A DNA stretch of 64,000 nt from Balanoglossus misakiensis (lineage: Eukaryota > Animalia > Hemichordata): the NCBI GenBank assembly GCA_040954595.2, contig CM082578.2:8107519-8171518 (forward strand), given 5' to 3'. A program made the translations under genes and the position numbers. The notes beneath the pieces were generated by a model that worked only from the letters and a program-made list of their open reading frames with translations, ran no database searches and was not told the origin of the DNA. Within the stretch, counting starts at the first letter, position 1, and every line of letters begins with the position of its first letter. Positions 1 through 12,898 of the stretch are shown here, piece by piece.

Positions 1-640
1 TCAGAGGGTTAAGTATAATCTTTTAAGGCCATGTCTGTGTAGCCAGCACCACCAGTGATTGATATGTCTAACTCGATTGGCAAACGAGCACAACTGAAAG
101 GATATGGTCAGCAGAAACAAAAGTTGACCTGAACGTATCCACCCACTCAATTCTTCGTGCTAAGTTTTCAGCAGGTTGTACAATCCTACCACTACCCCCT
201 TTGCACAGAGACAGAACCTGACTGACATTTGTCTGGAGTCAACCTTAAGTATCCAGTTTGAAAACCCCACAGAGCATATTTCAATACCTTTAATTAATGC
301 TGTTGTAATCATGGCGAGTACATGTTAGTGGCAACAAATCTCGTGAATATGTCTGTGTGGATGAGTGATCCTCAACCATTCTATCAATCATGTGCTCCCG
401 TCCGTTTACAAGGTTTCTTGATCCACACCTGTTACATCTGAAAATGACTGCTGTAATTTCAACTCCATCTCTCTCTCTGTAACCATCATTTGTCAATGAA
501 AATTTGTTTATGCATTATTGTGATGGCCATAATCCACTATTAGATCAGTGTGCAAAGTATACATTTACATCCAACACAAATGTTCAATCATGTGAATTGG
601 TCTTTTTTTAAATACAGTACATCTATTTTTTATTTGTTAG

Positions 641-3600
641 CACATATGTAGATCAGCTACATTATCATCTGGTGCAGAAATATATGGCAGATCTGGCTAT
701 GATTATTTTTTCACAGGTAGGAATTGTTGTTGTTATTTATTCTTGTTGTTATTGTTGTCATCTTTGATACTTTGTATTGTATGATTTACAATGGCCTGTT
801 TGAATTTTTTAGGTGGTAATGGCTTGCCAGGCGAAGAAAGTGAACAAGGCAATGATGTACAGCAACCACAGTCAAGTGGGTAAGTTGAATACAGAATACA
901 GAATGCTATTAACAAGAATGGTGCATGATCATCCAATGAAAATGGAGGGTGCTACCACATGTGACATGGCACTGGTCCAAGACAATGGGAAATAGCCCCC
1001 AGTTCACCTTTAGGACTTAAAAAAATTATCAGTGATTGTAAACCACGATAAGATATTTACCAGACTGTTGTCTGAAACTCAACAAAATCAAGGACATTAT
1101 TTGTGGCAGTACTTATTAACCACAGTCCTGCATTAACTTACTGTAGTTTGCAATCCTTACAAATTTCAGCGGCCTCCCTGTCCAAATGGTGATCTAGGGC
1201 AATTTTTACTTTCATATACATGTACACTGAGATAGTATATGTACACCAGCAGATGGTCATGTTAAACCACTCCATGAATCATCATTGCTAAATATACCCG
1301 ATTTGGAGATTTTGGTGTCTGTGTACGATGATATATCTGTGTCCATTGACATCTTGGTACGCCATGGTAATTAATATACAGGTCACACTAAGTATCAAAG
1401 GTCGGTATCCTTGTTTCACTTTGAATATCAATAAATGGTGTACATGTACTTGGTTTGGTTATTGATTTAATTATTTATTTATTTCATTGTTTACACGCAG
1501 GGATTGGCAGTTGTTTGACAGGATACGAGGACAAGACATCAAGCTGTTGAAAACCATGTCTATCGGCTACATCTGCGATCTGATGGTGGAACACAAGAAG
1601 GTCAAATTTGGAATGAAGTAAGTGTAGACACATGCAAAATCCACGCCACGCCATATTTTCATGTGTCCAGATTGTCCAACCCTCTATAAACATCACTCGA
1701 CCGATATAAAATATATATTATATAAGTAATGCTCTATAAAGTGTTACTGGCAAGTATTATTGAATATTCCTATGGCATTATGGCAACATAATTTATTATT
1801 TTTGCCTGCATACAGAACTTCTCAGTAGCATGTAAACATTTTTGTCAACAACTCCACAACAATCTGTATGAGAAATGATGAGTCTCTTTCATAGAATATG
1901 CAGTGTTCTCCTGAGGAATTTCTGATAGCATGGCTAATTTGCATAAAAATTGTCATTTAAATACAGTTTTATTGCTCTGTGGAGGACACTGGTATGCCAG
2001 TAATTAATAGTAACGGGATATTGATAGTATTGTGTGATAGAGGAAAGGTGTGTTATGTCTGTCACTTTGAAAGTGGGCATCTTCTCATATTGGACACTTT
2101 CTATTTCTTTGCCTTTTGCACAGCGTGACGTCATCGGAGAAGGCTGACAAAGAACACCGCTACAGTGAATTTTGTCTGATGTCTCTTCCGTACCCTGGTT
2201 GCGAGTTTTTCCGGGATTACAAAGACAAGGCCTACGTGGGTGAGGGACTTATGTTTGATTGGGAGCAGGTAGGTCGAGATGGAATTATTTTACGGCTTCA
2301 CTGGTTTATCGGTCCTCAGAATGTGGTCAATTTCAGCCCAGTTTTTGATGGTGTATTGATTTTCGGTTGCACAGGACATTTACAGTGTTCGGATTTTGAT
2401 AGCGATTACTCAAATATTAGTCGACCTGTATTCATTTGTATCATAAAATATTGTGATGTGCAAGTGATTAAGGCAATAGCATCTTTGAGATTTACAACTT
2501 AGTCTATCTTTGTTTCATTAACTGATCTTAGTTAATACATGGAATTCCTTGTGTTTGAACATATTGTACTATTGTAGTATATAAACTGAAAACCAGAAAA
2601 CAGCATTTCGGGTGAAGCTAGATGCAATTACGTACACATTTTGTTTTTGAAATTAATGTCTCGCTCAAGACTTTGACCCATCATGCACTGGAGCGACACA
2701 ACAGTAAATGGCTCAATGACAGTTGGGTAGTTAGCAATCCAAGGTGGGCTGTGTTTGCTAAAATTGGTCTGTTTTCGTTTTCTAGGCATTTGTGGATGCA
2801 GAGTTGTTGATACCAAACAGATGTAAAATGGAAAAGCTGGGAATAGACTGGACCAAGTACAGAGTACGTTAATGTTAATCATGTACATGCATACACATAT
2901 ACTGTAAGACCATCGAATTTGTACGGGATTGTGCCCATGATTTGTGTAATGGATGTATTCTTCATCGATGTTTGTACATCAGAAATAATCTCATATTAAA
3001 ACAATTAATTGTCTGTTTCAGAGCTGGGACTTGGTCACAATCACACAGAATTATTTGAAATTACTTTTGCATATTTTGAAAGAGGGTAAGTACAGTAGAG
3101 ATTTAAGTTTTGAATATTAAATTTGACAAGAAATTTGTCCATTGTTAAACTTTGTATGAATATCTGTTTGTAAGTCCATGAGTGAATGTAACAGATAGCA
3201 CTGTCGCCTTGGATGTTCTTTGTCTAAGGACACACATTGTGCATTGTTTTGCGAAGACAAAGGCCAACAATCTTACCTCGATTATGTACTTCATGGAGGA
3301 AGGTCATGTTGCATTGTTTTGCCTGCAGATGTCATTGAAGCTGTGTACACATACACTGTAATGTATCTATTTTCTGTTTAAATAGGGGACTCTTCAGGTC
3401 TTTTGGTTCACTGCATCTCAGGCTGGGACAGAACCCCTCTCTTTGTATCTCTCTTACGATTGTCACTATGGGCAGTAAGTATATAATTAATATATGCCTG
3501 ACTTTTGTATGGAACCAGCAAAAAATAAAAAGGGATGTACAATCACCGAATTTACATATGTCTATAAGTGATTAAAAAGGGCATGTCTTAGTCTTCAAAT

Positions 3601-6600
3601 GACCATACGGTGGCCAACCCTGTGAATATATGCCACTGGCTTGATATCAAATCGTCTTGGTAACCATGGCTAATTTTGCAAAGGTGACTGTAATGTCTTT
3701 GTTTGCAAAAAAAATATATATACTGAAAACCCCCTAAAGTTGCCCAGCAGTAATATTCATATAAGTTTCTGACAGCGTACACATTTCTATAGTAGATTGT
3801 GAGAGTGATTTAAACAACAGTATATAGACAATGTAATGTTAAACATGATTAAATGGTCAATAACCTTGTCCACTTTCCTGTAATTTGTAGGATGGTAAGA
3901 TTCACCAGAAACTGTCGCCAGCGGAAATACTCTATTTAACTATAGCCTATGATTGGCTGTTGTTTGGGTAGGTTAGAGTGCATTGTCTTTTTTTCAGACT
4001 TTTTCATTTGTTTTGTGTGCCATGATGCAAGCACAAAGTATACTGTCAATGTATTGCCTATCTATCCACGGACAGATTTGCTGCAATGTTACTTTTGGAA
4101 ATTGCTTTTGTGTTTCAATATATAATTTGACACATGGAATGTTTGGAATCTGGATTGATTGCTTTTTTTGGTGTCATTTTGAAAATGTGGTATGTTTTTG
4201 TTTGCATTATGAGTGGAAGGGGAACTGTTTGGATATGTACACTCTGCAGAAGTCTGTATGCTTTTTCCCAATCTAATTTTGAAAATCCAGAACCGCAGTT
4301 TCTATCCTAACCACAATGCACATCATGTGGAATGGATTTTTGGTCAGTAGCAGAAAAAATTGCAGTTATTGCAGGACTTAGTAGAAGTTTAGACAATTAT
4401 TGTACTATTGAGAAAATGCCTGACTGATTGATTGATGTACATTATCTTGATCATTTTACAGCCACAATTTAGTTGACCGGGTTGCAAAAGGAGAAGAGGC
4501 AAGTTTTATATTCTGTGTTTTCTTTGACTGTTTTCAGTTTTCATTCCAATACTCAGCACTTGAAATAACATGTGGCATGGTGCTGTATCTGGTCAAATCA
4601 CTGAAAATGACAAATGACTTCTCCTTTTATTCAGTCACATGTCCTAAACAAAATTTTCAATTATTTATGAAAATTTGTATTCCTTCTACTGCATGTGATT
4701 ATGTGAAGATAATAACCAGAGCTGTGATTGTTTTTGTTTTTTTTCCAGATTTTCTTTTTCTGCTTCAATTTTCTTAAAGAAATAACTTCAGAAGAATTTT
4801 CTGTCAATCAACAACATCACAGGTAAAGCGATTGAAGCTTCAGTGACATATTTACATATTACATGTATACATGTATGTATCAAACGCCTTCATACTGAAT
4901 GGTGTACCATATTTCTTTTTGATTACTTCCAGTATGTCCACCAATTAATTTCAGACTTTTTTCAAATCAAAGACAGTAATTCATGTCCAACCATAAGGAA
5001 AAGTACCGGTAATGTCTATGGTTTCTATTACTGAAACCTGTTTTGTGTTAACTTTGCCTTGGTAGGTCTATTGGAAGATATGATTCTGATGCGCAATTTG
5101 ATCAAATGGTATTACTTGGTAAGTTAATTAACATTTTATCAAAGAAAAGTGGAAACATTTAGAAAATCATCTATTGCCACCTCACTCCACTCAGTGCACA
5201 GTGTTTTCTCACAAGTGGTGCCATTTTGTGCTATTGCCTAAAACCATAGCTTTTGTCTGATTTTCTTGAATGTCTGGTTGACATCTGAGTCTGTCTATTT
5301 TTGCAGATGCCGACGACATCAATCGCCAGCGCTGCGATAGTACAACAAGTCTCAACAGTGCGTCAAGTATCACGAGTGTTAGCAGTAATAGTTCACCCAT
5401 TGTATTCAACGTTCGTGAAAGACCAGAGGACGATGACCAAAACAACATTGGCGGGTCAGTTTCCAGTACAGAATCAGTAATACAAGAAACAATGTCACTC
5501 ACAATTCATAAATATAATTTTTAGTTGAAAAGTTGTTCAGCTTTTCCCCATTAATTCTAAAAATATTTTTTCATGGTTTATGTTCATGCAGTCTGCATCA
5601 TCTGTGTGACCAGTCTATTTTTAATTTTCATGGGAATAGGCAATGTTTGTGTAGCTATACACCAGTTTTTAATGCTATGATGATGATGATGATATGTTCA
5701 ACAACACATAGATGTGACTGTCAACGATGACTGACAAAATGTCTTCACACCTGTAGCTTCTCTGCAAGCAGTTCGAGTACAACTACAATCATCTACAAAC
5801 CGTACAGCAACTCCAACGGCAACGCCACGGAAGTGATCAACGCCGACGGAAGGCTCGGCACGAGTCCCATGGCAGTCCCAAAGTCTCACAGGAAGTGCTC
5901 CACTGATGCGGTGAGTGCTCATTACAATTTGCCCAGAGTGGTTTCTTTTGCTTTCCTAATGAATATTTTATTACCAGGCTGTGCTGTTTGGTGTTTAGGA
6001 ATAAAGATTACAATACAAGGACGGCTTCCGAGAGACTCTAGTTTTGTAGAATACATGTGGGACACTTACCTAAGTTTTGTTTTTGTTTCATGTACCAGTC
6101 AAATTGCAAATCAGCCGCATCATCAGAATGTGGGAGGTAAGAGATGTATGATATTTTTTTTGTGCTTATCTCTGCCAGGTTCAATAAACACATCAATGTA
6201 TCACTGATGGAACATTCTAAGCTCTAGTTAAGAACTATGACACACATACAGAATTCGTCATTTGAGAAAATACAATCATACCGAATACACACATGTTGTC
6301 TATTCAATTAAAAAGGCAAGGAAGCATTAAAGTTTAGTTGACAATTGGACATTAAATGTGTCCTAAAGTCCACACATTCTGTAGGAAAATAATTCATTGT
6401 CTCTCTTGTATATATATAACAGCCAAAACCACTGACATTGTTTTTGTTTTGTTGTTTTTTCAGTTGGCAGATTATATCCAGGACAGAGAGTTGCAAAGAC
6501 TTTGTCTCATCGTGTAGTTGTACACCAGACGCCAGTAACGGCAGCAACGGCTGCCCAACTACTGACACTAGTCATGGTGGTAGTAGTAGTTCGACTGCCA

Positions 6601-7196
6601 ATAACTCCACATCAAGGTGAGTGTCCTTAGTCCCTGAGTGGAAACGACTTGGTTGTGACTCTGAGCAGGATCGTTTTTCATACGTGTCTGAATCTGTCCA
6701 TTTTCTGAGGGGTGGACATTTGCTGTGTTGGGTCCTGATGGGAACAGTTTTTTCTGCCAGTAATGAGAACTATCCGAAATGCATGTATGTGTGAAAGAAA
6801 ATAAATTGTCAAAAATGATCGTTTCTAAGACCACAGAAATAGTACGTATACTAGCAGAAGTGACAATCTGGGTTTGTAGATGTGTAGTGTGCAAATCAAC
6901 TTCATTGCCATTGAATCCCTTGGCATGCATCTTGAACTTCAACTTGAAGTAGAAATATTTGGGAAATGAGTTTTAAAATCATGAAATTTACATCCAGCTT
7001 TTCCCTCCTTCCATCCTTCAGTTTCTGCAGTGCTCCGGAAGCCTCCTCGCGGCATCAAAAACTGAGTGAAGTCAGAAAAATATTTATCACAGAATATGGG
7101 GACGTTGTCGGCTACAAGAATGGTTATGGATCAGATGCCGGAATGCTAGGCTATCTAGTGGACAATCTTAAAGGAATCAAGAGTAGACTGTTCTGA
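641..7196 (+). CDS. MTMR14: Myotubularin-related protein 14 (Jumpy), PI3P phosphatase; multi-exon, 5' exons upstream of window
   Basis: Phase-consistent exons: 641-716 (HICRSATLSSGAEIYGRSGYDYFF), 813-879, 1501-1617 (DWQLFDRIRGQDIKLL...CDLMVEHKKVKFGM), 2124-2268 (VTSSEKAD...LPYPGCEFF), 2786-2863, 3022-3085, 3386-3474 (LVHCISGWDRTPLF; catalytic CX5R at 3412-3432), 3891-3967, 4462-4498, 4749-4822 (IFFFCFNFLK), 5066-5118, 5307-5454, 5757-5910, 6099-6136, 6464-6616, 7022 or 7031-7196. The motifs match MTMR14 as I recall it. Confidence 0.95.
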
Positions 7197-9279
7197 GCGA
7201 GGGAAAGTTTATCTTGTCTCATTCAGAGATGTCATCAAGAAAGTAATAATTTTTTTCCCCGTGGAAGGGTCATGCTTGTGTTTATTTACAGTATTTCAGT
7301 GGATTATAATAATTTTTACAAAGCCAAGACGCTTCCATACACGTAAAAAAAAGAGAAAATAAAAGTTTGATTTTACCAGTACTCAATTGAAATTAAGCAG
7401 GCTAGGCGGGCAAGAGAACCCTTTGTTGGTTGTATGCATGTTCTTCAATCATCCGCACCGAGTTCATGTGATTTCACAATCTTCACGAGAGCTTGTAAAA
7501 CACACTTTGCTGTGTGTACTATCTATACAATGTGCTGGTAGTCTATCCCCGAAAAAAGTAGCGAAGCATGGCTCGCAAAACTGAAATCTGTTGTTTTAAA
7601 ATGAAGAGGGTGTTTCACTTTTGAAGAACTGTGTCAATTCACTATGCTCAATAGGAACATTTCAGACAATGGTGTAAATACCATGGTGGTAAACTATCTG
7701 CCCCTTAACTCCCCTTCTGAACAAATTTTGGGACTGGGGGCTTTTTGTAGAGTGGGTTCTAGCCTTCAACCTGTACATCTCTTTCCATTTAGTGCTATTC
7801 TCGGACCATGCGCATTTGGAGCTTTCATAATCTGTGCCAAGACAAAGTACCATGGCTTAATACACATGCAAGCCTGTTTGTTTTGCTGTGCGATCCAATA
7901 TGGTCTCCAGTTAGCAATATTGTTACTTTTTTTGTCAGGGTCCACTACTTACCATACATATCCCTGAACTCGTTTCTCTCTGAATTTCCACGAGAACAGA
8001 TAATTACAACCTAAATATGCACATAAACTTTAATTTCCTCATACCTAAAAGTTTAAAAATAAATCTTCAACACAAACACTTGCATGTGCACCCCATCCAG
8101 TAAATACTCCATGACTACAAAATACATCCAGTACAGTTTTGTTGAAGTAACATATGCACAGCTGTAGAGACAGATTTTGTCACCTTTACAAATTCAGTAA
8201 AATGTGACACAGACAGGCCATAGTAGCTCTCATTGGTAGACAAACTGTTGACCCAGCTTGACTGGTTCTGAACCCCCCCCCCCCCCCCCCCCACCTGGGA
8301 CTTCCCCTGCCCCAGGGGGTATACAGAATTGGGGTACTGATAGCCAAACAGTTACTGCAGTTGCTTTCACTTGCAGCTGATGTGCATGTTTTGTGTCAAT
8401 CACAATCTCGTCATGGATGTATATGGCGACAGTGCAGCAGCCCTCTACATCATCTTCTCACCAGTTGTCAGTTGTTTCTTGGTCAAGTCTGGATATTATC
8501 CAATTTATGTGTGCTCCATGACAAGATAACCAGTCCAATTTAATTCCCAGTAGGGTCAGGGACATTGACAACTTTTTTCTGAAATCAAGGTGATTGTGAA
8601 CACTCATTTCTGTTACTCAAGTTAAAGCATAGACCCTGGAGTGTCTATTGTTAAAGCAACGAAGCTTAATTTCTATTTGTAGTCAAACCTAACAGCAAGG
8701 GAACTGAGAAAATTTGCTTCTGTTTATAAATTTTATTATACATGTAATTTTTGCCCTGTGTAAACACCAGATTGAGAAGGGGTCTTTGGTATAAGGCAGG
8801 TTGCACTGCCCAAATTGGAAATATTTTTCATTTTTCTTAAAAAGTATCTCAGAGTACATTTAAACATATAGCTCATGGAAATTCTGTTCCTGAAATATGC
8901 AGTTTTCATGCCACACACAAGATGCTTGGTTATAGAATTTTTAGTACATCATAATTGGTTTTCATGAGACTTGGATAGAACGTACTTTGTTTTGCAAAAA
9001 CACTCAAGTTTATGTCATTGGAAAATCAGTTTGAGCAATCTGCTTGTACAAAACTTGATGTTTCTACATGCATAGAAAAAACTTATGAGAAAAGGTGAAA
9101 TTCTACACCTGTGTCTTATATTTGTGGGGACTATTTTTGAATCATTACACAAAGTATCACAGCGGATGATAATTTACTGATGTAATAAGATCTTTGTGAA
9201 ATGTATGCAGTCATTCAAAAACACAGCATTGTAAACTGGAGTAGCCTTTCATTTGCAGTATATATTCTCCTGCGCATCT

Positions 9280-9404
9280 ATACTCACCTGTTAGGACCAT
9301 ACTATAGGCTAATGTTCTCTAGTAGCTGTCTACCCCGTCGAGAAAATCGACCCGTCCAACCCATGCCATGACCATGTGACACTGTCCTAGTTCAGTTTAT
9401 GTTC
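9280..9404 (+). repeat. DIRS left inverted terminal repeat
   Basis: 125 bp, read base by base as the exact reverse complement of 14013-14137. Confidence 0.95.
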
Positions 9405-9669
9405 TCGACGCCATCTTGGATGTCGTCTCGAATTTTCGCTTAGCTGTTTCCCGTCTTTCTAGTGGGTATAATTCCCTTCTATTAACTCTTTTTGGGGTTT
9501 CGAGGTAGGTTTGTACCATTTGTGGTGTGATCATCCTTTCAAGTTGTTTACCCAGTGTGTGGGTCTTCCGAGATTTATTCTTATCGTCAGCATTAGATCG
9601 TGAGTCTTTACGACGCACATTGTTTATTATTGCCTAATAAAACTGAATAGACGCCGATAACTTGATCTC

Positions 9670-11301
9670 ATGGAGTCGGATCTATTAGCGTCTGAAACCA
9701 CTACATCAGGGTCTAATGACCGTGGAGCTGATGTTCAAAGTGATGATTCTGTGAAGACCGACAAGGTCACAAAAAGCAGCGTAAAGAAGGGAAATGCCCC
9801 TGGGACGGAAACCCAGAAGGCAATCTCCCGCCCTAAATCAAAGCCTGCCTCATCAAAACCAAAGTTGGTTTCGGAAGAGAAGGTAGGTGATATGATAGAT
9901 AGCAAGGTTGCTCCGATTTTGGAATTGTTAGGTAAACTTTCTACTCAAATTGAACAACAATCTCTGTCAGGCGTTGGAGCCGCCAATTTTCCCGCCAAAA
10001 GTAACGCGCCCAATATGGCGGAAACCAATAGAAATAAATTGGGTCGTGTTGACATCCGGGCCGAGGAAACCCCGGGTACCAGCAGGAGTGAAGATGTACT
10101 AGATATTAACACTCCCTCTGAATTTGGCTCTCCTAAACGTAGTTGGAGGGAAAACCAGCATGAAAGCCAATCTACTCAGCAGAGTAACCCAGTGATGTTA
10201 AGGTTAGGACGTCCTGTAGAGTCCAATCTAACAGATCCTTATGAAAGCTTTGAGAATGAGGAGGAAAGTGACAAACAAAGTGTGTGCTCCTCAACTGATA
10301 TCCCCTCAGGGGTGGAGAAAAGAATGTCAGATGTTCTTAGCAATCTCATTCTAGCTCTCAATATTGAAATTCCAGAGGAGGAAAAAGAGCAGAGAATTTC
10401 TTATTTAGATCAGGTTTTTAAGAATCTACCTGGTAATAAGAAACCTAAAGTACCAGCACTACCCATGGATGGGAGAATTGCTTCACTTTGGGCCAATACA
10501 GACAAAGGCCTACCCCACCTGTCTGCTTACAAGAAATCTCATGACATGTTATACCGGTGGGTGGACAAGGATTTTGATCAATATGGGAAAGTCCCCAGTG
10601 TGGAACAAGATGTACTTTCTCATATGGCAGTTGTAAATCAGGGCAGAAGGAAACTTGACCCTAAGACTAATAAAATAGATAAAGAGTTCACACAGGTAGA
10701 TGCTTCTATCAGGCATTCTCTAAGGGTGACGTCGCATGCCAGCTTAATGTTTTCAGGTCTCATTAAAATGCTGCATGGAGACATACCATCATCAGATGAA
10801 TATATAGCAGCAATAGCTGAAGAGATTGCAAAAGCGTTGGTTGAGATTGAGGATTTATCAGTAAGAGCCTCAACCAGATGCACGTTGTTTCGTCGGGATC
10901 TTTTCCTTGATGAACTCAAAATCACTGATGAAGGAATCAAAACCGAGCTAAAGAAAATTCCCACCCATGGCCCAGATCTGTTCGGGGGGAAATTTTCTGA
11001 ACTCACTCACAAGAGTGCAGAGAGGTTAAAAGACGCGCGTACAACCTCTGGGGTCTTCAAATCGATCAACTTTGCCAAGCGCAAACCCTATACTGACAAA
11101 GGGGACACGAGTAATGAGCCCCCACAAAAGTTGATGAGACTTGACCCTTTTCACCAGGGAAAAGGTCAAAGAGAAAACCCTAGATCTCAAAATAGCAAAC
11201 CAAACAGGTATTTTCGCAACTATAGCTCACCCAAATCCAAGGCTGGGGAATTTAAAACCCATCAAGCTGGCAATTCCTTCAAATTTGGTGAGAAACAATG
11301 A
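9670..11301 (+). CDS. DIRS ORF1, gag-like protein (543 aa)
   Basis: Long intronless ORF in the ORF1 position of the element. Low-complexity N-terminus, PTHGPDLFGGKF motif typical of DIRS gag C-terminal regions, basic tail. Confidence 0.85.
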   Translation: MESDLLASETTTSGSNDRGADVQSDDSVKTDKVTKSSVKKGNAPGTETQKAISRPKSKPASSKPKLVSEEKVGDMIDSKVAPILELLGKLSTQIEQQSLSGVGAANFPAKSNAPNMAETNRNKLGRVDIRAEETPGTSRSEDVLDINTPSEFGSPKRSWRENQHESQSTQQSNPVMLRLGRPVESNLTDPYESFENEEESDKQSVCSSTDIPSGVEKRMSDVLSNLILALNIEIPEEEKEQRISYLDQVFKNLPGNKKPKVPALPMDGRIASLWANTDKGLPHLSAYKKSHDMLYRWVDKDFDQYGKVPSVEQDVLSHMAVVNQGRRKLDPKTNKIDKEFTQVDASIRHSLRVTSHASLMFSGLIKMLHGDIPSSDEYIAAIAEEIAKALVEIEDLSVRASTRCTLFRRDLFLDELKITDEGIKTELKKIPTHGPDLFGGKFSELTHKSAERLKDARTTSGVFKSINFAKRKPYTDKGDTSNEPPQKLMRLDPFHQGKGQRENPRSQNSKPNRYFRNYSSPKSKAGEFKTHQAGNSFKFGEKQ

Positions 11302-12898
11302 CTTTCAAACACTTCCCTTACCAAACATTCCGGTGGGGGGAAGACTAGGATATTTTCAAAAGGAATGGCAACCCATAACACAGGACGCTTGGGTGCTAGA
11401 TGTAATAAAGGAGGGTTACAAACTAGAATTTCTATCACAACCTCCACGTTCCAAGGGTCTAAAGGAAACCCCCTGTCCTCAAGCGCAAGCAAATTGCATA
11501 AGGGAGGAAATATCTGTGCTATTAAGCAAAAGGGCCATCGAAATGGTCCCGCAAAATTTGGCTCAAAACGTAGTTGGAGGAAAATTCCTTCGCTTTGCCT
11601 TCGAGGGCAAGATATACCAATTCAGAGCCCTCCCCTTTGGCCTGTCGTCGGCACCAAGAATCTTCACAAAGATTGTAAAAGTGATTTTAGCATTCCTAAG
11701 GAGGAACTCACTCTTCCCGCTTGCATATCTAGACGATTGGCTTCTCAGACAAGCGGTAAGAAAAACATTAGTGAGTCAAAACAGGGAAATGTTGACTCTA
11801 GTTGTTCGTTTAGGATGGATTCCAAACATAGAGAAGTCCGACCTTGTTCCCAAACAAATTTTCGAGTTTCTAGGAGCAAGTTTCAATTTGAAGAAAGGCC
11901 TAGTCTTTCCCTCACCGACCAGAAGAGGGGACATACATCATTGTATAACAGTAATCAAATCAAACACAAAACTACCAGTTCAATGGTTTCTCAGGTTATT
12001 GGGGTTGATGGCCTCATGCATAGACCTAATCCCTTGGACACGTCTACACATGAGGCCAATCCAACTTCATGTTCCGGCCCATTGGAGGCCACAAACCAGA
12101 AATCTACAAGCACGCATACCAATCTCAACCCACCTACTCAGTCACCTGCAGTGGTGGGAAGATTCAGCCAACCTGTTACAAGTAACGAGGTTGGATCAAC
12201 CAACTGCAGATTTCACATTGACAACAGATGCTTCCCACTGGGGGTGGGGAGGTCACCTGGAAGGGCAACAAGTTGCCGGTCAGTGGTCACAGACCCAGAG
12301 GACAAAACATATCAATTGGTTGGAAATGCAAGCGGTATTCCTTTCGCTTCAACATTTCAAAGTTCTCCCAACAGAATGGACCCTGAGCCCAATGATTGTT
12401 CAGAAATTTTTTATGAAATGGGACAGGCCACACATAGATCTGTTTGCAACAAAGAGAAACAAACAACTCCCAATTTATGTATCACCGATACCAGACCCAG
12501 AAGCCCTCGCGTATCCTCCGTTAATTCTTTTACACAAAGTTCTGAAAATCAAGAATCAGGATTGCATAGTAATCCTGATAGCACCATTCTGGCCAAAACA
12601 ACCATGGTTCCCAGAGCTGATGGAACTGCTAGTGGACATTCCACTTCGTCTTCCAATACAAGACAAAATGCTGTACCAGCCACACAGCAAAATCTGTCAT
12701 CCAGTTCCTCAGATATTCAAGTTAACTGCATGGAAGTTATCAAGGATCAGTTCATTGAGAAAGGCTTTTCTGTCCCAGCTGCAGTCAGAGCCTCAAAGGC
12801 ACGAAGAAAGTCCACTTACAAAACATACGACTCAAGAGTCAGAATATTTTTCGCTTGGGCTAGAGAGAGAGATATATCTCCACTGTCAGCAACTCTAG
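11138..12898 (+). pseudogene. DIRS ORF2 pol (RT-RNase H-methyltransferase-like), open but with internal deletions
   Basis: Present: PVGGRL, YQFRALPFGLSSAPRIFTK, YLDD (11726-11737), TTDASHWGWG, HINWLE, IDLFAT, YPP, APFWPKQPWF. Absent: the GFYS...DLKDAY block of RT and the TDN...ADxLSR half of RNase H. No ATG at the start of the frame. Confidence 0.85.

Noticed and set aside
10638-11006. Minus-strand ORFs inside the DIRS element
   Set aside because: Short antisense frames without motifs.
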